Source: Fimbriimonadales bacterium (GTDB lineage Bacteria; Armatimonadota; Fimbriimonadia; Fimbriimonadales; ATM1). Taken from it: 28,331 bases of DNA. Below the pieces are notes generated by a model, which saw nothing but the letters and a program-made list of their open reading frames with translations, was not told where the DNA came from and made no database searches. Shown here piece after piece: positions 1 to 9,641 of this stretch. Positions within the stretch are counted from its first letter, which is position 1; the number at the start of each line of letters is the position of its first letter. Location of the stretch: the NCBI GenBank assembly GCA_051003155.1, contig JBPCLO010000035.1, positions 1 through 28,331 of the forward strand, given 5' to 3'. A program made the translations under genes and the position numbers.

Positions 1-13
1 GCTAGGATCAACA

Positions 14-19
14 TAGTCT
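14..19 (+). promoter_or_regulatory. putative -10 element (TAGTCT) of a leaderless glnE transcript
   Basis: TANNNT hexamer 6 nt before the GTG start at 26; no properly spaced Shine-Dalgarno. The -35 region lies outside the window. Confidence 0.4.
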
Positions 20-25
20 ACCGGA

Positions 26-2722
26 GTGGTCTTGCTTAGACAACCCTTGTCGGTCGGCTTCGTGGACTCGGCGCGCGCCGAGTCGATCTTAGGCAGGTTG
101 ACATCGTTGGGCGCGGAAATGGATGAAGCGCTTTCCGCGATTCGCAAATCTCCGGACCCCGATCGAGCCCTCGCCAACATGGAGCGATGGTTATCCACAG
201 GCACCGGGGCGTATGGGCGGATGTCTTCCCTGGCCGATAACCCCGCGCTGATGTATCGGCTAGCACTTCTCATGGGCGCTAGTCAGGCGATCGCTGATGT
301 GCTCGTTCAAAACCCCGAGCTCGGTCTGCTATTGGGAGATCCGCAGGAACTGGCGAGGGAGGTCAGCGTGGAGTCCCTAATTCGGGAAGGGGAAGAGCTC
401 CTTCTCAATGCGGGATCTTTTTCTCACCGCCTAGACCGCTTGCGATATTTGCGTCAGTTGACGCTTTTGCGAATCGTATGGAACGACCTGAACTCATCGT
501 GGGAGCCGGAGCGCGTTTGGACGTCCCTTTCGATACTTGCCGACGCGATCATCGAGCTTGCAGGTCGGGTTGTCTGGTCGGAGATGGGTGGCGAGGGGAA
601 TCCACCGGTCGCAGTCATCGCCTTGGGCAAGCATGGGTCGAACGAACTCAATTACTCATCCGACATCGACCTTATGTTCATCGCAGCGGATTCGGAGGCA
701 GACCTAGCACGGCCGTCAAAGTTCTGTGAAAGGCTCACGAGGGCGCTTGAAGGGCGAATGGGGCGGGGCGCTCTATACCGAGTTGACCTGAGGCTTAGGC
801 CGCTGGGAAGGGCTGGGCCCGTGCTCTTGCGCAAGGCTGCTACGCTGAACTACTACCAAAGCTATTGCGAGCCGTGGGAAATCCTGGCGATGATACGCGC
901 CCGGTCGGCCGCGGGCGACGCGCACGTGGGCAGCCAGTTCATAGCGGATGTTTCAGAATACATTTATCGCGGCGCCCGATCCGAGATCTTTTTGGAGTCG
1001 ATCGTCGACGCCAAGAAAAGATACGAAGATGCGGTTCGTAAGCGGGGCGAGACCGATTCTAACATGAAACTCGGCCCGGGCGGAATCAGGGACATCGAGT
1101 TTATCGTCCAGGCGCTGCAGCTCGTAGTGGGCCAAGAAGCGCCGGAACTCCAAGGTGCGTCGACGGCGTCCGCGCTCGAGTTTCTAGCGGCTGGCGGGCA
1201 CCTTGGCGCTAGACATGCCGAGTTCCTGATGGCAAGCTATCGACTCTTTAGGCAAATCGAGCACAGAATCCAACTTCGTTACGATTTGCAATCACACAAC
1301 CTGCCGGCAGACCCAAACGAGCGGGAAGTGCTTGCAAGGCTTGTGGGGTCGTCGAATTGGCAGTACCTTCACGGCGAGATTAGGCGGCGGCGGGCACAAG
1401 TTCGCGAGCTCTTGGAAAGCCGAATACCCCTCTTGAGGGCGGATCGGTCGAAACCCGTCGGGGTCGCTGAGGCGCTGGGCTGGCGCCCGGAAACGGCGCA
1501 AGTTCAAGCTGCCGAAAAGCTCATCGGTTTCTCGGATGCTCCCGACTCTCTTTTGAACCAGATTCGCGAGGATCGTTCGACGGCCGAGCGCGTGAAGCTG
1601 ATCGCGAGCTTTGCTCAGCGTGTGATTCCTGAAATCAGCTTCCATCGCGAACTCTGGGACGTTGCCTTTTCCGAAGAGATAGAGTTTATGCCTGGAGACG
1701 AGACGGATCCCGACTCTCTGGTTCGCGAGAGGATTCGGGATGCGGGTGATTCGTGGGAGGCCGCCCTGTCGGCATTTCTTCGACGCGAGTTCATGGCCGC
1801 GTGCATCAAGGATGCCCTGCACCGGGATGTCGAGCGCACGTTCGGATATCTAACGAAGGTCGCGGAAGCTTCGCTGCTCGGCGCCTTGGATTGTCTGGGA
1901 GGCGAGGACATCGATATCGTCGCGTTAGGCAGATTGGGGAGCTCAGAGCTGCTTTTGCCGTCGGACTGGGACGTAACCCTCTTTGTGAAGGAGCCGGCGA
2001 GGCAGGCCGTCGCTGAGCGCATCGGCCAGGATTGGCTGAGGACGGCGCGCAGGATCAGTATGACGTCGGGCTATTTTCCGCTGGATGTTCGTTTGCGGCC
2101 CGAAGGCTCAGCGGGCCTGGTCGTCCGCTCGATCCCTGGCTTTAACAACTACGCCGAATCATCCATGCAGACTTGGGAACGACTTGCCTTCGCTCGGGCA
2201 CGCTCCCTTCGGAGATGGCCGGAAACGGCAGCAGCGACTGTGGACGCGGTAGCGGCTTCGGAGTGGGGATGGGAGCAGGAAACCGAGATGCTCCAAATGC
2301 GGTCACGAATCCACAACGAGCGAGCACGTTCGTGGGAACTGCTGCGCGATATCAAACTCGGGGAGGGATTCTTGCTTGATTTGGAGTGGCTGTGCTCGAT
2401 CCTGCGGCTGCGCCATCCAGAGGCGCAAATTCGGCCCGCGACGACCGCGTCGATGCTCCGCCAACTGGGTCGGCTTCGTATACTTGGTCAGTGCGAGGCG
2501 GACGAACTCGCCGACGCGGCCCTTCTATTTGCGCGGTTAAGAAACATCATGTACTTGCTCGAGTTCGACAGCGATTCCGTTCTCCCCGAAAACCCGGAGA
2601 AGTTGCATCGGATGGCCGCATCTCTGAAGCTCGATGGAGCGAACGACGTGCTCGAGGCAGTTTACGAAAAACGCGACAAGGTCATGCGTGTGTACAAAGA
2701 TCTGGTGCTCCGCACTCCATGA
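26..2722 (+). CDS. glnE: bifunctional glutamine synthetase adenylyltransferase/adenylyl-removing enzyme
   Basis: 898 aa with two nucleotidyltransferase repeats: LGKHGSNELNYSSDIDL...YRVDLRLRPLG...KLGPGGIRDIEFIVQALQL and LGRLGSSELLLPSDWDV...LDVRLRPEGSAG...DIKLGEGFLLDLEW. Confidence 0.93.
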   Translation: MVLLRQPLSVGFVDSARAESILGRLTSLGAEMDEALSAIRKSPDPDRALANMERWLSTGTGAYGRMSSLADNPALMYRLALLMGASQAIADVLVQNPELGLLLGDPQELAREVSVESLIREGEELLLNAGSFSHRLDRLRYLRQLTLLRIVWNDLNSSWEPERVWTSLSILADAIIELAGRVVWSEMGGEGNPPVAVIALGKHGSNELNYSSDIDLMFIAADSEADLARPSKFCERLTRALEGRMGRGALYRVDLRLRPLGRAGPVLLRKAATLNYYQSYCEPWEILAMIRARSAAGDAHVGSQFIADVSEYIYRGARSEIFLESIVDAKKRYEDAVRKRGETDSNMKLGPGGIRDIEFIVQALQLVVGQEAPELQGASTASALEFLAAGGHLGARHAEFLMASYRLFRQIEHRIQLRYDLQSHNLPADPNEREVLARLVGSSNWQYLHGEIRRRRAQVRELLESRIPLLRADRSKPVGVAEALGWRPETAQVQAAEKLIGFSDAPDSLLNQIREDRSTAERVKLIASFAQRVIPEISFHRELWDVAFSEEIEFMPGDETDPDSLVRERIRDAGDSWEAALSAFLRREFMAACIKDALHRDVERTFGYLTKVAEASLLGALDCLGGEDIDIVALGRLGSSELLLPSDWDVTLFVKEPARQAVAERIGQDWLRTARRISMTSGYFPLDVRLRPEGSAGLVVRSIPGFNNYAESSMQTWERLAFARARSLRRWPETAAATVDAVAASEWGWEQETEMLQMRSRIHNERARSWELLRDIKLGEGFLLDLEWLCSILRLRHPEAQIRPATTASMLRQLGRLRILGQCEADELADAALLFARLRNIMYLLEFDSDSVLPENPEKLHRMAASLKLDGANDVLEAVYEKRDKVMRVYKDLVLRTP

Positions 2723-3354
2723 TGATCGCTCTCATCGCCATCGGGGCGTATCTGTTGGGATCACTGCCTTTCGGAAAGTGGATTGCGGCGGCACGCGGCA
2801 TCGACATCATGCGGGAAGGCAGCAAGAGCATCGGGGCCACGAACGTTTGGCGAACCCTCGGATGGAAGGCCGGTCTGGCGGTGTTTCTGCTCGATGCCGC
2901 AAAGGGATTTATTGCCGCTACTGCAGGCGGCATGATTCCTCGGCTATTTGAGAATAATACAATATTCAGTTATGAACTTGCACTATTAATGGGTGCCTGC
3001 GCGGTCTTGGGACACAGCGCTTCGATTTTCCTGGGGTTCAAGGGCGGCAAGAGTGTCGCAGCAGCGCTCGGGGTGTTGCTTTCCATTTCCCCCGAAGTCG
3101 CCGGTCTTTCATTGCTCGTATTCCTGATCGTTTTTGGCATATGCCGATATGTGAGCGTGGGCAGCCTTTGCGGCGTGGTCAGCGCGCCTATCTTCGCGGC
3201 CGCCTTCCGATATCCGTGGGTGATAATGTTAGCATACGCAGTCTTGGCCGCCCTGATCGCCTACCGGCATAGAGCTAATATCAACCGCCTGATGAAGGGA
3301 GAAGAGTATAAGTTTAGTAGGAAATCATCAACTACCGAGGCACACGGGCCGTGA
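2719..3354 (+). CDS. plsY: glycerol-3-phosphate 1-O-acyltransferase (acyl-phosphate dependent)
   Basis: PlsY motifs YLLGSLPFG, GSKSIGATNVWR, GHSASIFLGFKGGKSVA, RHRANINRL. The true start is ATG 2719, overlapping the glnE stop (ATGA); the ORF-track extension to 2386 is spurious. Confidence 0.95.
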   Translation: MMIALIAIGAYLLGSLPFGKWIAAARGIDIMREGSKSIGATNVWRTLGWKAGLAVFLLDAAKGFIAATAGGMIPRLFENNTIFSYELALLMGACAVLGHSASIFLGFKGGKSVAAALGVLLSISPEVAGLSLLVFLIVFGICRYVSVGSLCGVVSAPIFAAAFRYPWVIMLAYAVLAALIAYRHRANINRLMKGEEYKFSRKSSTTEAHGP

Positions 3355-4427
3355 GGCATCTCGACCGGTATGTATTCAAGGACATGTTCGTGCCTTTGAT
3401 CATCGGCACTATATCTGTGGTGCTCATGTTTTTGGCGAACACCCTCATCTTCTATTCGCCGCAGGTTTTCTCAAAAGAGATGCCAATGAGCGCGGTCGGC
3501 CAGTACCTCCTCTTTAAGATTCCTCAGACGCTGAACATGACTCTGCCCGTTGGCGTCACGATCGCGTCCTCGCTTGCGATCTCCAGACTAGCGCGTGAAT
3601 CCGAACTCACGGCCATGCGTGCCGCGGGCATCCCGGTACGGCGCGTGATTTTGCCGATGCTTATCATGGGAGCTTTGGTGGCCGGTCTCAGTTTCTGGCT
3701 TACGGAAAAGGTCACACCACGCGCCGAAGAACGTGCGACGGCTACGCTGCGGAAGATCTTTGCAAGCGCCGAGGCGATCGGTCTTCACTCGAACGTCCTT
3801 TTGCAGCTTAATCGGGGCGAGTATCACGCCAGCATCGGCACCGCATCGAAAGGGGACGGCGGGAAGGTTCTCATGAAAGATGTTCTCGTATTCCAGAAGC
3901 CGAAACGGGGCGTCGACTGGTTCGTCCAGTCCCCGTCAGCCGTATATGACGACGGCATCCTGGAGTTCAAGAATCCGAAGATTTGGATTTTGGAAGGAGA
4001 GCGCCTGATCTTGAAGACGCCCAAGAAATGGCAGATTAATGTACGGGTGAGCCTCGACGATTTCTTCGGGCAAAAACTGCCCGAGGCAATGAGTGTCCGC
4101 GAACTCGGAAAGTCGATCGAGAATTGGCGGTCACGAGGACAAAGCACTCGCGTTCTGGAAGTCGATTACCACAACAAATTCGCCGTACCTGCCGCTTGCT
4201 TTGTTTTCGCGCTATTTTCGCCTGTGTTTTCCCTATACTTTGTGCGTGGTGGCGCATTTATCGGCGTACTCGTTAGCATTATCGTCGTTTTTCTCTACTA
4301 TAATTTTTGGGTTTTGTCGTCGCAGGTCTTGGCGAAACAGTGGATCCTTCCGCCCATCGCCGGGGCATGGCTGCCGAATCTCATCTTTCTAATTGCAGGA
4401 GTCATCGCGCTGTGGCGACTCGAGTAG
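3351..4427 (+). CDS. LptF/LptG family lipopolysaccharide export permease
   Basis: 358 aa, 3 TM + periplasmic domain + 3 TM. Motifs LDRYVFK, RLARESELTAMRAAGI, PPIAGAWLPNLIF. GTGA overlap with the plsY stop. Confidence 0.92.
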   Translation: MRHLDRYVFKDMFVPLIIGTISVVLMFLANTLIFYSPQVFSKEMPMSAVGQYLLFKIPQTLNMTLPVGVTIASSLAISRLARESELTAMRAAGIPVRRVILPMLIMGALVAGLSFWLTEKVTPRAEERATATLRKIFASAEAIGLHSNVLLQLNRGEYHASIGTASKGDGGKVLMKDVLVFQKPKRGVDWFVQSPSAVYDDGILEFKNPKIWILEGERLILKTPKKWQINVRVSLDDFFGQKLPEAMSVRELGKSIENWRSRGQSTRVLEVDYHNKFAVPAACFVFALFSPVFSLYFVRGGAFIGVLVSIIVVFLYYNFWVLSSQVLAKQWILPPIAGAWLPNLIFLIAGVIALWRLE

Positions 4428-6685
4428 CCGCGCTCGCCGCCGCGTTTGCGTTGGCTGTCCACGCACGTGCCCAGATTCCTCCTCAGAACCCACTTGAACC
4501 GACGGGGTTCCCTCCGAGCTTTCCGAAAGACGAGCGCCTCCCTCCGCCCATGGCTTCGGATCAGGCTTCGTACGAATTGAAAGTGATCAGAAGCGCCGAA
4601 TGGGTCGTCGAGGATAACCAAGTCGTGGGTAAGGACGTCGAGTTTACATATCGGGGTTATTTGGTCAAGGGGGATGAGGTTCTTGGCGACCTCGACACCA
4701 ACCAGTTCGTCCTTCGAGGGAATGTCGACATTCTGGGCCAAGACCACGTTGTTCGAGGCAATCAAGTGTTCGTCGATTTTCGTGCCCGCAGATTTCGCTT
4801 TGTCGAAGGCGAGGTCGATCTTAAGAAGGCGATGCTGCAGGGCCGCTTGGAGAGCGATATTTACGTCCGGGCCGCGAGCGTGGAAGGCACGGACGATCTG
4901 ATAACCGCAACAAGGGCCCGCGTGACCACATGCGAATATCCGGACCCACACTACACACTCGATGCGGAAAGGCTTTCGGTCATTCCGAACCGGCGTATTA
5001 TCTTTGAAGATTTCAGGCTGCGTATTCTCAATCGAACTATTCTTGGTGTTCCGCGGATTGTCATTCCTTTGGACAAGAGAACCTCCGGTATTACTCCTGA
5101 AGTAGGCAACTCTCTGGACGAGGGATATTTCATAAAGACCCAAGTTGGCTTGCCCGTGGGTGGCGACGATGCCATTGCACGGGTCGATGTGATGACGAAA
5201 AAGGGCCTTGGACTAGGAGCAGATTATGAATTTCTACGGGGCAACCAGCGCGGAGAATTTCGAGTCTATTCGAATATATTCAACCCAGACGGCCCGCCCG
5301 GCGTGACCGCAAGCGGTACGTATCGAAACGATTTCAGGTGGGGCAGAATCGAAGGCTATCAGGACTACCGCCGCTTCTCGTTTCTCACGGGTGAAGACAA
5401 TGTAGCGACGCAGACAAGGCTATCCTTTACGCCAAACCAGGCCGGCAGTGCGCAAAGCAATATCTTCTTCACGCATAACAGCACTCGGTCCTTATCGTTC
5501 ACAAGCGACAACTCGACCGCGGGGGCCCACGATGTGAGGGAATGGAGCGGCAGATTTCGAACAAACTTGCAACTCAATCTTGCCCGCTCGATCGCGCGGG
5601 ATGCTGGCAAGGTGCTTAGCGAAAGAGAAGTCCTCGACGCGCGCCTCCAATCTAGCTACGACCTCAGCAGGGTTGTCGCCGAGCTGGACTATCAGCGAAA
5701 TATCCCGATCGGCAGCACGGTCAACTTCTTCGGCGGAATCGACAAAACCCCGGAGGTGACTATTCGGACGGATTCGCAAAGGCTATTCAACGGTAAGAGG
5801 CATAAATGGTTTCCTAATTTCACGGCCCTGCTGTCGGCCGGAAATTATAACGATCATTTCAACGCAATTGATGTCTCGCGATATTTCTTTGATTTTCGTA
5901 TGAACCGGGTCGGTTCTGAAGACTCCAAATTATCGCTGTCTTATGACGCCGGGTTTAGGCAGGGTATTTATTCCGACGACACGGCGCAATACACGCCGAG
6001 CTTGAATCTGCATCTGCGAGCGAAGCCCACGCCGAAGTTCTCGGCGAACTTTCGATATAACTACAGCCGCCCGCACGGCTTTTCGCCGCTTTCCTCCGAC
6101 CGTAGCGGCCAATACAACCTGGCTAGTCTGGACGTCGTCGGGGAGTTAGCCGGAGAGTTAAAGGTTGGTGGGCAGGTAGGATTCGACTTTCATCAACGTG
6201 TCCTAGGCGATGTTCCCTGGATTTCTCCTTCTTTGCGGTTCGAGTATAACCCGAGCAAATCGTTGAGGGTTAGGGGCTTGGCGAACTACATGGCTCAAGA
6301 GGGCAGTTGGGGAAACATCCGCCTCGACCTGGCTTGGAAGGCGGGTGCCACCTACCTTGGAATTGCGGCTAGGTACGACGCATTGCGCGACACATTGGGG
6401 AACCTGAATATTTTTCTCGACGCCTTTAAATGGGGGCGGCTTAAGTTCTCGACGATATTGCTTTACAATGGTTACCTCCACCGTTTCGAATCGCGGCATT
6501 TTTCCCTGATTTATGACCTTCACTGTGCTGAGGCCGTGCTTCAAGTTCTGGAAAACAACGTAGGGTTTCGTCCGGGAAGAGAGATTGTGTTCTTTATCCG
6601 GCTTAAGGGCCTGCCGTTCGACTCTCCGTTCGGTGTGGGCCGATTGGGCCAGCCGCTTGACATAGGTACGGGGTCGGGCTGGTAG
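4412..6685 (+). CDS. lptD: LPS-assembly protein LptD-like outer-membrane beta-barrel
   Basis: Likely start GTG 4412 (AGGAG at 4397-4401) gives signal peptide MATRVAALAAAFALAVHARA. OstA-like N-terminal jellyroll, TTC...PHY motif, long amphipathic beta-strand region, C-terminal YDLHC cysteine; directly downstream of lptF/G. Confidence 0.78.
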   Translation: MATRVAALAAAFALAVHARAQIPPQNPLEPTGFPPSFPKDERLPPPMASDQASYELKVIRSAEWVVEDNQVVGKDVEFTYRGYLVKGDEVLGDLDTNQFVLRGNVDILGQDHVVRGNQVFVDFRARRFRFVEGEVDLKKAMLQGRLESDIYVRAASVEGTDDLITATRARVTTCEYPDPHYTLDAERLSVIPNRRIIFEDFRLRILNRTILGVPRIVIPLDKRTSGITPEVGNSLDEGYFIKTQVGLPVGGDDAIARVDVMTKKGLGLGADYEFLRGNQRGEFRVYSNIFNPDGPPGVTASGTYRNDFRWGRIEGYQDYRRFSFLTGEDNVATQTRLSFTPNQAGSAQSNIFFTHNSTRSLSFTSDNSTAGAHDVREWSGRFRTNLQLNLARSIARDAGKVLSEREVLDARLQSSYDLSRVVAELDYQRNIPIGSTVNFFGGIDKTPEVTIRTDSQRLFNGKRHKWFPNFTALLSAGNYNDHFNAIDVSRYFFDFRMNRVGSEDSKLSLSYDAGFRQGIYSDDTAQYTPSLNLHLRAKPTPKFSANFRYNYSRPHGFSPLSSDRSGQYNLASLDVVGELAGELKVGGQVGFDFHQRVLGDVPWISPSLRFEYNPSKSLRVRGLANYMAQEGSWGNIRLDLAWKAGATYLGIAARYDALRDTLGNLNIFLDAFKWGRLKFSTILLYNGYLHRFESRHFSLIYDLHCAEAVLQVLENNVGFRPGREIVFFIRLKGLPFDSPFGVGRLGQPLDIGTGSGW

Positions 6686-6687
6686 CA

Positions 6688-6695
6688 GGTAAACT
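6688..6695 (+). promoter_or_regulatory. putative internal -10 element (GGTAAACT)
   Basis: TAAACT right after the lptD stop and about 100 nt before the SD-preceded ATG 6794; no well-spaced -35. Confidence 0.3.
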
Positions 6696-6793
6696 AGAGG
6701 TCAATCGCGACAGAGGAGCGACTTACATTTTTCTACCAACTTGGGCCGAACAACCTCAGCTCCTTGGACCCATTTGAAAGGATTTTCACCTGA

Positions 6794-9637
6794 ATGCCAC
6801 GTAAGAAAACCGAAAACGCCGAGAGCGCAGAGGACATAAAGCCAACCCGAGCGCCCAAGACACGAGGGCCGCGTAAACCAAAGACCGAAGGGGCTGAACC
6901 CGTGTCTCAGGTCGAGGCGATTGCGGAACCGCCGAATCGAACGAGAAGGCCCGGGGCCGAAACGCCGACAGAAAACCAGCCCAAGCCCGCAAGAAAGCCT
7001 CGCATAGCGAAGAAGGATTCGGATTCCCAGGCGCTATCCGAATCAGTTCGGCCTGCCGCGATCGGATTTAGATTTCGGGCCGCTGAGCCACCGCCTGCTC
7101 GGCCTCCTAGGGCCCAGCCAAATAGACGACGTGGCGACCGCGGCGAGGGTCCCAAAGGGCCCGTCGAGCGTAAACCCGTAGTCAGAACGCCGCAACGGCC
7201 CGAAAAGCCAAACCCACCCGCTCGCCCCGTGCGAGAACGGATACTGACGCCGGAAGGAGCGCCTCGCGTCATCATCCGCAACGGGCGGCCGTGCCTGGTA
7301 ATTGACGGCCAGATCGTCCCACCGTTCATGTTCTTCGGCAACCCGTCCGATGAGACCAAGGCCGAAACAGTCTTCGAACAGATCCGAAAGGCGGCGAAGG
7401 AAGGGATTCACCTTCACAGCTTGATGGTCGAGTTCGCCATCAGCGAGGAAGGCGCGCAGGAGGCGCTCGATCTATCGGCGTACCTCCTGCAGAAAACGCT
7501 GGAAGCCGATCCTAACGGAAGGCTCATCCTTCGGCTCGTGTTCGCAGGAGCGTCCGGATGGGAGAGGAAATACCCGAAGGCAGCTTTTCGCTATGCGGAC
7601 GGCGTCGAGGCCGAACCGAGCTTCTGCGATGACGAGTTTTGGGGAGACGCGGCCAACCTTCTTGCCGGATATGTGCGGGGTATAAGCTCACACGATCAAT
7701 CGGACCGCCTCATAGGGCTGCACCTGGATAGAGGTGAGTGGTTCTTCGCTGAGGGCTGGGGATACGATACGAGCGCCGCGGCGGAAAAGGCGTTTCGCGA
7801 GTGGGCGACCTTCCGCTACAGCGGGGACCGCGTCGCGCTGCAATCAGCCTGGTTTAGCGGTGATGCACGGTTCGAAACGCTAAAGATTCCAAGCTACAAC
7901 GACTACCCACTTTCTAGCGAAGGGTTTTTGCGGGCGCGTCGCAAGGAACGTATTTGGGTCGACTACCACCTCTTTATGAGCGATGCGATCGTCGAGCGAA
8001 TTCAGTTTCTCGCTTGGCAAGTTAAAAAGGCGAGCGATGGCCGGCTCTTGGTAGCGGCAAGTTACGGATACACGTTCGAATGGTCCCACCCCGCCTCCGG
8101 ACACCTTAGCCTGGGCAAGCTCCTGAGGTCTCCAGAGATCGACATCATAGCCGGGCCGCCAAGCTACAAGGACCGCTCGTTGGGAGGCACGGCCGGCTTC
8201 CCAGGGCCGATCGACAGCTTCGCGCTTAACGGCAAACTGTTCCTTAGCGAGGAGGACTTCAAGACGCCGATCGGGCAGGTTGTCGAGCCGGATGAATTCA
8301 ACCCGGTGATGCCGACTCCTCAGGCTCTCGAAGCTTCGCATTGGCGTGGTGTCGGATCGGCGCTCAGCCATAGCACCGGCATCGCTTGGATGGACCTTTG
8401 GGGAAACGGATGGCTGAATACGCCGGCCATATGGCAGCGTGCGTCCGAAGTTCGTGATATCCTTATCAAAGCGATCGCCACACCGGCAAGGGATCCGGAT
8501 GTGGCGGTGCTCATAGATGAGCGAAGCCTGGCTTACTTGAGCGACGCTCGGGCGTTCAAGCACCTTGTGCAGAACTCTCGCGAGGCGATTCTCAGGGCCG
8601 GCGTGAGCGCGGGGTTCTATTTGCTCAGCGACCTTGCGCACCGGAAGAAGTTCCCTGACGCCAAGCTTTACATCTTCCTCAACGCGTGGGATACGCGGCC
8701 GGAGGTCCGAGCTGCGATCAAGCGAATTCAGGGTGGAGGCAAGACGTTGTTCTGGCTCTATAGCGCCGGGCTCTTCGAGGCCGGCCGTCCGGCTCTCGAA
8801 CGTGTTCGGGAAGTTACCGGCATCGCCATCCGGCCGCAACCTTTCAACAGTCGAGCGGGGACGACGATCCTCAATCGAAAACACGCACTGACAGAGTTGC
8901 TCGAAGAGCGCGCCCTCAGCACGGTGGAGCAGCTCGAGCCCAGCTACTTCGCCATCCCCGAAGAGGGCACAACCATTCTCGGTGAGTACACGCAAACGGG
9001 TTTGCCGAGCTTCGTTGTGAGGGAGATCAAGGACGAAGAACACGGCATTTGGCGGAGCGTATTCCTAGGCGAACCTCTCATCACGGAGAAGCTCATCAGA
9101 GGACTTTGCCAGTACGCGGGCGCGCATGTTTGGAATTATCACGGTGACGTTGTCCACGTGAGGCCACCCTTCCTCTCGATTCACTATTCGGGCACCGGCC
9201 ACCGAATCGCAACATTGCCTGACAGGTGGCATGCTTACGATCCGCTGCAAGCCAAGATGGTTGGTTCCGATGCCACACACTTGCGCAGCGACGCGACCGA
9301 CGGCGCGAGCCAGGTTTTGTTTGTGGGCGAGGAAGCCGAGGTCCAGCACCTCGCGTCGATGAATCCGGAAGAGTATCTGGCTGTCGGCGAGATTCCGGAG
9401 CTTGAGGAGGATACGGTTCATGAGGACTATTTCGAAGAAGAAGTGCCCGTGCTGTCGCTTTCCCTCGCGCCTGAGTATTCCGACGTTTACGACCAAGACG
9501 ACGAGCCCGTCGACCCCCCGCCACCACCAAAGCCGCGGCGTCCGCGAGAGCCGCGCCCCGAATCTCGGCCGAAAAAAGCAGCCCGCCCGCCCAATACCGA
9601 AGCCGGCATAGGCGTTATGTTCCGCGACAAGGGTTAG
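6794..9637 (+). CDS. glycoside hydrolase GH42/clan GH-A-like protein (beta-galactosidase-like) with long disordered N- and C-terminal tails
   Basis: 947 aa; SD GAAAGGA upstream. TIM-barrel-type motifs PSFCDDEFW, GLHLDRGEWF, KLFLSEEDFKT, then a PDVAVLIDERS...FYLLSDL...KLYIFLN trimerisation-like domain. Pro/Lys/Arg-rich first ~150 aa, acidic/Pro-rich last ~90 aa; no signal peptide. Confidence 0.7.
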   Translation: MPRKKTENAESAEDIKPTRAPKTRGPRKPKTEGAEPVSQVEAIAEPPNRTRRPGAETPTENQPKPARKPRIAKKDSDSQALSESVRPAAIGFRFRAAEPPPARPPRAQPNRRRGDRGEGPKGPVERKPVVRTPQRPEKPNPPARPVRERILTPEGAPRVIIRNGRPCLVIDGQIVPPFMFFGNPSDETKAETVFEQIRKAAKEGIHLHSLMVEFAISEEGAQEALDLSAYLLQKTLEADPNGRLILRLVFAGASGWERKYPKAAFRYADGVEAEPSFCDDEFWGDAANLLAGYVRGISSHDQSDRLIGLHLDRGEWFFAEGWGYDTSAAAEKAFREWATFRYSGDRVALQSAWFSGDARFETLKIPSYNDYPLSSEGFLRARRKERIWVDYHLFMSDAIVERIQFLAWQVKKASDGRLLVAASYGYTFEWSHPASGHLSLGKLLRSPEIDIIAGPPSYKDRSLGGTAGFPGPIDSFALNGKLFLSEEDFKTPIGQVVEPDEFNPVMPTPQALEASHWRGVGSALSHSTGIAWMDLWGNGWLNTPAIWQRASEVRDILIKAIATPARDPDVAVLIDERSLAYLSDARAFKHLVQNSREAILRAGVSAGFYLLSDLAHRKKFPDAKLYIFLNAWDTRPEVRAAIKRIQGGGKTLFWLYSAGLFEAGRPALERVREVTGIAIRPQPFNSRAGTTILNRKHALTELLEERALSTVEQLEPSYFAIPEEGTTILGEYTQTGLPSFVVREIKDEEHGIWRSVFLGEPLITEKLIRGLCQYAGAHVWNYHGDVVHVRPPFLSIHYSGTGHRIATLPDRWHAYDPLQAKMVGSDATHLRSDATDGASQVLFVGEEAEVQHLASMNPEEYLAVGEIPELEEDTVHEDYFEEEVPVLSLSLAPEYSDVYDQDDEPVDPPPPPKPRRPREPRPESRPKKAARPPNTEAGIGVMFRDKG

Positions 9638-9641
9638 GCTT

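Noticed and set aside
2386..2718. N-terminal extension of the plsY ORF
   Set aside because: Lies inside glnE in another frame; PlsY homology starts at the ATGA overlap at 2719.
4298..5143. 281-aa minus-strand ORF
   Set aside because: Antisense shadow of lptD with no recognisable motifs.
6657..6662. Perfect TTGACA near the end of lptD
   Set aside because: 27 nt from the TAAACT hexamer, too far to be its -35; probably coincidental coding sequence.
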